Assembly: GCA_021813145.1 (NCBI GenBank)
Contig: JAKALS010000003.1
Coordinates: 105,890 to 169,889 of the forward strand
DNA: 64,000 nucleotides
Source: a bacterium
GTDB lineage: Bacteria > Patescibacteriota > Microgenomatia > Levybacterales > UBA12049
Reading direction: 5' to 3'
Positions within the stretch are counted from its first letter, which is position 1, and each line of letters starts with the position of its first letter. The position numbers and the translations under genes are program-made. Of this stretch, positions 61,599 to 64,000 are shown piece by piece. Below the pieces are notes generated by a model. That model made no database searches. It had not been told where the DNA came from and saw only the letters and a program-made list of their open reading frames with translations.

Positions 61599-62150
61599 AT
61601 GGAACAGACATTAGTTTTAATAAAACCGGACGGCGTAAAAAGAGGATTGGTGGGGGAAATTATACACAGGTTTGAAAGAATGGGTTTACAGATTGTGGCC
61701 ATGAAGATGGTGGTACCCACCAAAGACCTTCTGGACAAACATTATGCAACCGATAAAACCTCAACAGTAGAAAGAATTGGAAACAAAACTCTTGATACCT
61801 ACAAGAAATACGGTAAAGATGCAAAAAAAGAATTCGGAACGGATGATCCGGCAAAATTAGGAGCCATGGTCGTAGGCTGGCTTTTGGATTTTATGGTATC
61901 TACGCCGGTAGTTGCTATGGTTCTTGAAGGAAAACATGCGGTAGAAAATGTAGTAAGCCTTGCAGGTCCTACAATGCCCGTAAATGCACCGGCAGGGACA
62001 ATAAGAGGAGATTTCTCAACAGACTCTGCGGCATATGCCAACGAAGAGCGAAGAGCCGTACAAAACATTGTCCATATTTCGGCGACAATAGAAGAAGCAA
62101 ATTTTGAAAAAAACCTCTGGTTCAAACCCGAAGAAATCTACAAATATTAA
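61599..62150 (+). CDS. ndk: Nucleoside-diphosphate kinase
   Basis: TLVLIKPDGVKRGLVGEII.RFE, GTIRGDF, NIVH. Confidence 0.92.
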   Translation: MEQTLVLIKPDGVKRGLVGEIIHRFERMGLQIVAMKMVVPTKDLLDKHYATDKTSTVERIGNKTLDTYKKYGKDAKKEFGTDDPAKLGAMVVGWLLDFMVSTPVVAMVLEGKHAVENVVSLAGPTMPVNAPAGTIRGDFSTDSAAYANEERRAVQNIVHISATIEEANFEKNLWFKPEEIYKY

Positions 62151-62180
62151 TTCCAATTCCTAATTAATAACAATTAAAAA

Positions 62181-62606
62181 TTATTTAGAAAATTGCGAAT
62201 AGAGAAGAGAAGAGGAGGCAAAAATAAGAATTGTCATAAGCTCCGAAAATAAACAGTACTGACAGAAAGATTTAATTATAAGTAGCTGTATAAAAAACAA
62301 AATCGCAGATACAAAAAGACCTCCTATGCTCGAGAAGAAAAGTCCCTGGGCAAATATTTTTTTCCTGTTAAGGTAAAAAGCAAGGCTCAATGCCATTGCT
62401 ATTGCAAAAAATAGGCTCCCAAGGAGAGAAACGGGAACGCCATAGATTACAGAATATGTGCTCGTAAGGACTTTTTCACAGCCCTGCAAGGTGCACGGAG
62501 GAAAAGCATCTTTAAAATGAAGTATCGTTAGGTAGGTTGCGTCGAGGAACCCCAAAAAACAAAATAAAAGGCAGGAGATTGTAAGATTATTTTTTGTTAA
62601 GTGCAT
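62181..62606 (-). CDS. Vitamin K epoxide reductase (VKOR) family protein
   Basis: C....CEKVLTS.YS...GVPVS.LG, FCQYC. Confidence 0.9.
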   Translation of the reverse strand: MHLTKNNLTISCLLFCFLGFLDATYLTILHFKDAFPPCTLQGCEKVLTSTYSVIYGVPVSLLGSLFFAIAMALSLAFYLNRKKIFAQGLFFSSIGGLFVSAILFFIQLLIIKSFCQYCLFSELMTILIFASSSLLYSQFSK

Positions 62607-63315
62607 TTTGAATTATCTGTTTAAATTGATCATAACTCGTAGGGTTTTGAATCATCTGACCGTTTACGAAGAATGTAGGAGTCTGGTTTAGTCCTTCTGA
62701 AATAGCCTGATTCTCCGAATTTGCAACGTATTGTTGCGCAGCCTGTGAATTCATGTCTTTTTGGAACAGATTTACATTTAGTTTTAATTGTTTTGCGTAG
62801 CCTATAAAAGTAGGCCTTGGATCCGATAGACTTGCCCAGTCATTTTGTCCGTTAAAAAGCAAATCATCCATCTGGAAAAATTTTCCCTGTTTCCATGCAG
62901 CGTAACCTGCCTGTGCAGAAATAAGCGCATTGGGATGGATATTTGAAAGAGGGAACATTCTGTAGACATAGAAAATTTTACCGTTGAAATCGCTCAACAG
63001 CTGGTCGACCAGAGGGTGATAAGCGGCGCAGGCAGGGCATTCAAAATCCGCATATTCTATAATCGTTACTTTTGCTTTCGGATTTCCTTCGGAAATATCG
63101 TTTTTCGAAGGGGGAGGTACGGTTGGGCCCGAAGAAGTTGAGGATGGCGCATTTGCAAGTTGTATCAGTCCAAAAATAGAAACTGCAACAATAAGAACAA
63201 CTCCCGCTATTATCCCTATTTTTTTATAAAGAGCTCTTTTTTTGTCGGCCTCCAGTTTTTGCTGCCACTCTTGCTTTTTCTGTTCTTTTTTTTCTTTTTT
63301 AGTCAGTTTTTCCAT
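62587..63315 (-). CDS. Membrane-anchored DsbA-family oxidoreductase
   Basis: GNPKAKVTIIEYADFECPAC, FPL..IH, QTPTFFVNG. Confidence 0.9.
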   Translation of the reverse strand: MEKLTKKEKKEQKKQEWQQKLEADKKRALYKKIGIIAGVVLIVAVSIFGLIQLANAPSSTSSGPTVPPPSKNDISEGNPKAKVTIIEYADFECPACAAYHPLVDQLLSDFNGKIFYVYRMFPLSNIHPNALISAQAGYAAWKQGKFFQMDDLLFNGQNDWASLSDPRPTFIGYAKQLKLNVNLFQKDMNSQAAQQYVANSENQAISEGLNQTPTFFVNGQMIQNPTSYDQFKQIIQNALNKK

Positions 63316-63497
63316 ATGAAGAATATGGCATATTTTGTTTTCTGTTGCAAGAGGCGAGGATAGATTAAGAGATTTTTCTTCTTATTTCAAATCTGCCCAT
63401 GGAACGGAAATATCTCTATCCAGTTTGTTTGCCAAAGCAAATTCCGGAAGCGATAAAAGGATTTTATCAGGTTGTTAGCTTCAAAGCAAGATTTTTG

Positions 63498-63569
63498 TCG
63501 GAGTGGTGAGAATTGAACTCACTGCTTCCGCGTCCCGAACGCGGCGGTCTACCGATGACCTACACTCCG
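63498..63569 (-). tRNA. tRNA-Pro(CGG)
   Basis: Reverse complement: CGGAGTG/CACTCCG acceptor; CCGCG-TTCGGGA-CGCGG. Confidence 0.93.
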
Positions 63570-63714
63570 TATGTTTAAGACGGGCGTACCGGTTCCACTA
63601 CGCCCCGTAAGCCTTATGATTTTAAAGCTTTTTCTTTTAAAACACAATAATTCTATAGGTAAGAGCAAATCGTACAAGATTGACGGTTTGGTTCAAATAA
63701 TTTATCCTATTTAT

Positions 63715-63903
63715 GTGCCTAAAAGAACAGACAAAAAATTGGTAAATAAGATAATCCTTTTAAGAAAAAAAGACGCGGGTATTCCGGAAATATCTACCCT
63801 GTCAAAAATTCCCAAAACAACAGTATTCAATTATGCAAGAAATATCAAAGATAAGTTTGGCATGAGTGGATTACGAAAGGCGGAGATTATCTTAAAAAAT
63901 TAA
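63715..63903 (+). pseudogene. N-terminal HTH remnant of a tRNA-associated hypothetical gene
   Basis: I.LRKK...IPEIS....IPKTTV..Y.RNI, truncated. Confidence 0.45.
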
Positions 63904-63959
63904 AGGTTATAAATAAAATAGTTGCTAATAGTCAACAATTTGGATAAAATTTAGCACGT

Positions 63960-64000
63960 GCCCCCGTAGCTCAATGGATAGAGTAGTCGCGTCCTAAGCG
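63960..64000 (+). tRNA. tRNA, probably Arg(CCT), truncated by the window edge
   Basis: GCCCCCG-TA-GCTC-AATGGATA-GAGT-A-GTCGC-GTCCTAA-GCG. Confidence 0.75.

Noticed and set aside
62060-62090. Ndk active-site variant NIVHISA instead of NxxH(G/A)SD
   Set aside because: The catalytic His and the other motifs are intact; the deviation is too small to infer changed function

Overview
Chromosomal window of a low-GC bacterium, most likely Patescibacteria/CPR (Microgenomates-like). That assignment is inferred from the intron-laden unlinked rRNA locus, short S1, CCA-less tRNAs and typical small hypothetical genes. Contents from left to right: a redox/metal cluster (DoxX, D-2-hydroxyacid dehydrogenase, CsoR operon with a perfect operator, ArsR, trxA, trxB); a tRNA-Ala-23S-5S locus with no 16S, whose 23S carries three group I introns (E. 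coli-equivalent 1917, 1931 and 2473; two encode LAGLIDADG endonucleases and one ends in A instead of G); rpsA, radA and a PIN/TRAM gene; glycosyltransferases; rho and a LysM/M23 peptidase; tRNAs with adjacent mobile-element debris; a large cell-surface locus; leuS followed by decayed comEA/comEC remnants; a two-component module; argS, an M16 peptidase, ndk, VKOR and DsbA. The most striking element is a 2542-aa protein that fuses two tyrosine-recombinase core-binding (SAM-like) domains, with no catalytic domain, through one transmembrane helix to a phage-tail-fibre-like adhesin. It sits next to a WxL/DUF916-like surface-protein cluster. All calls come from reading motifs by eye; no database searches were run.
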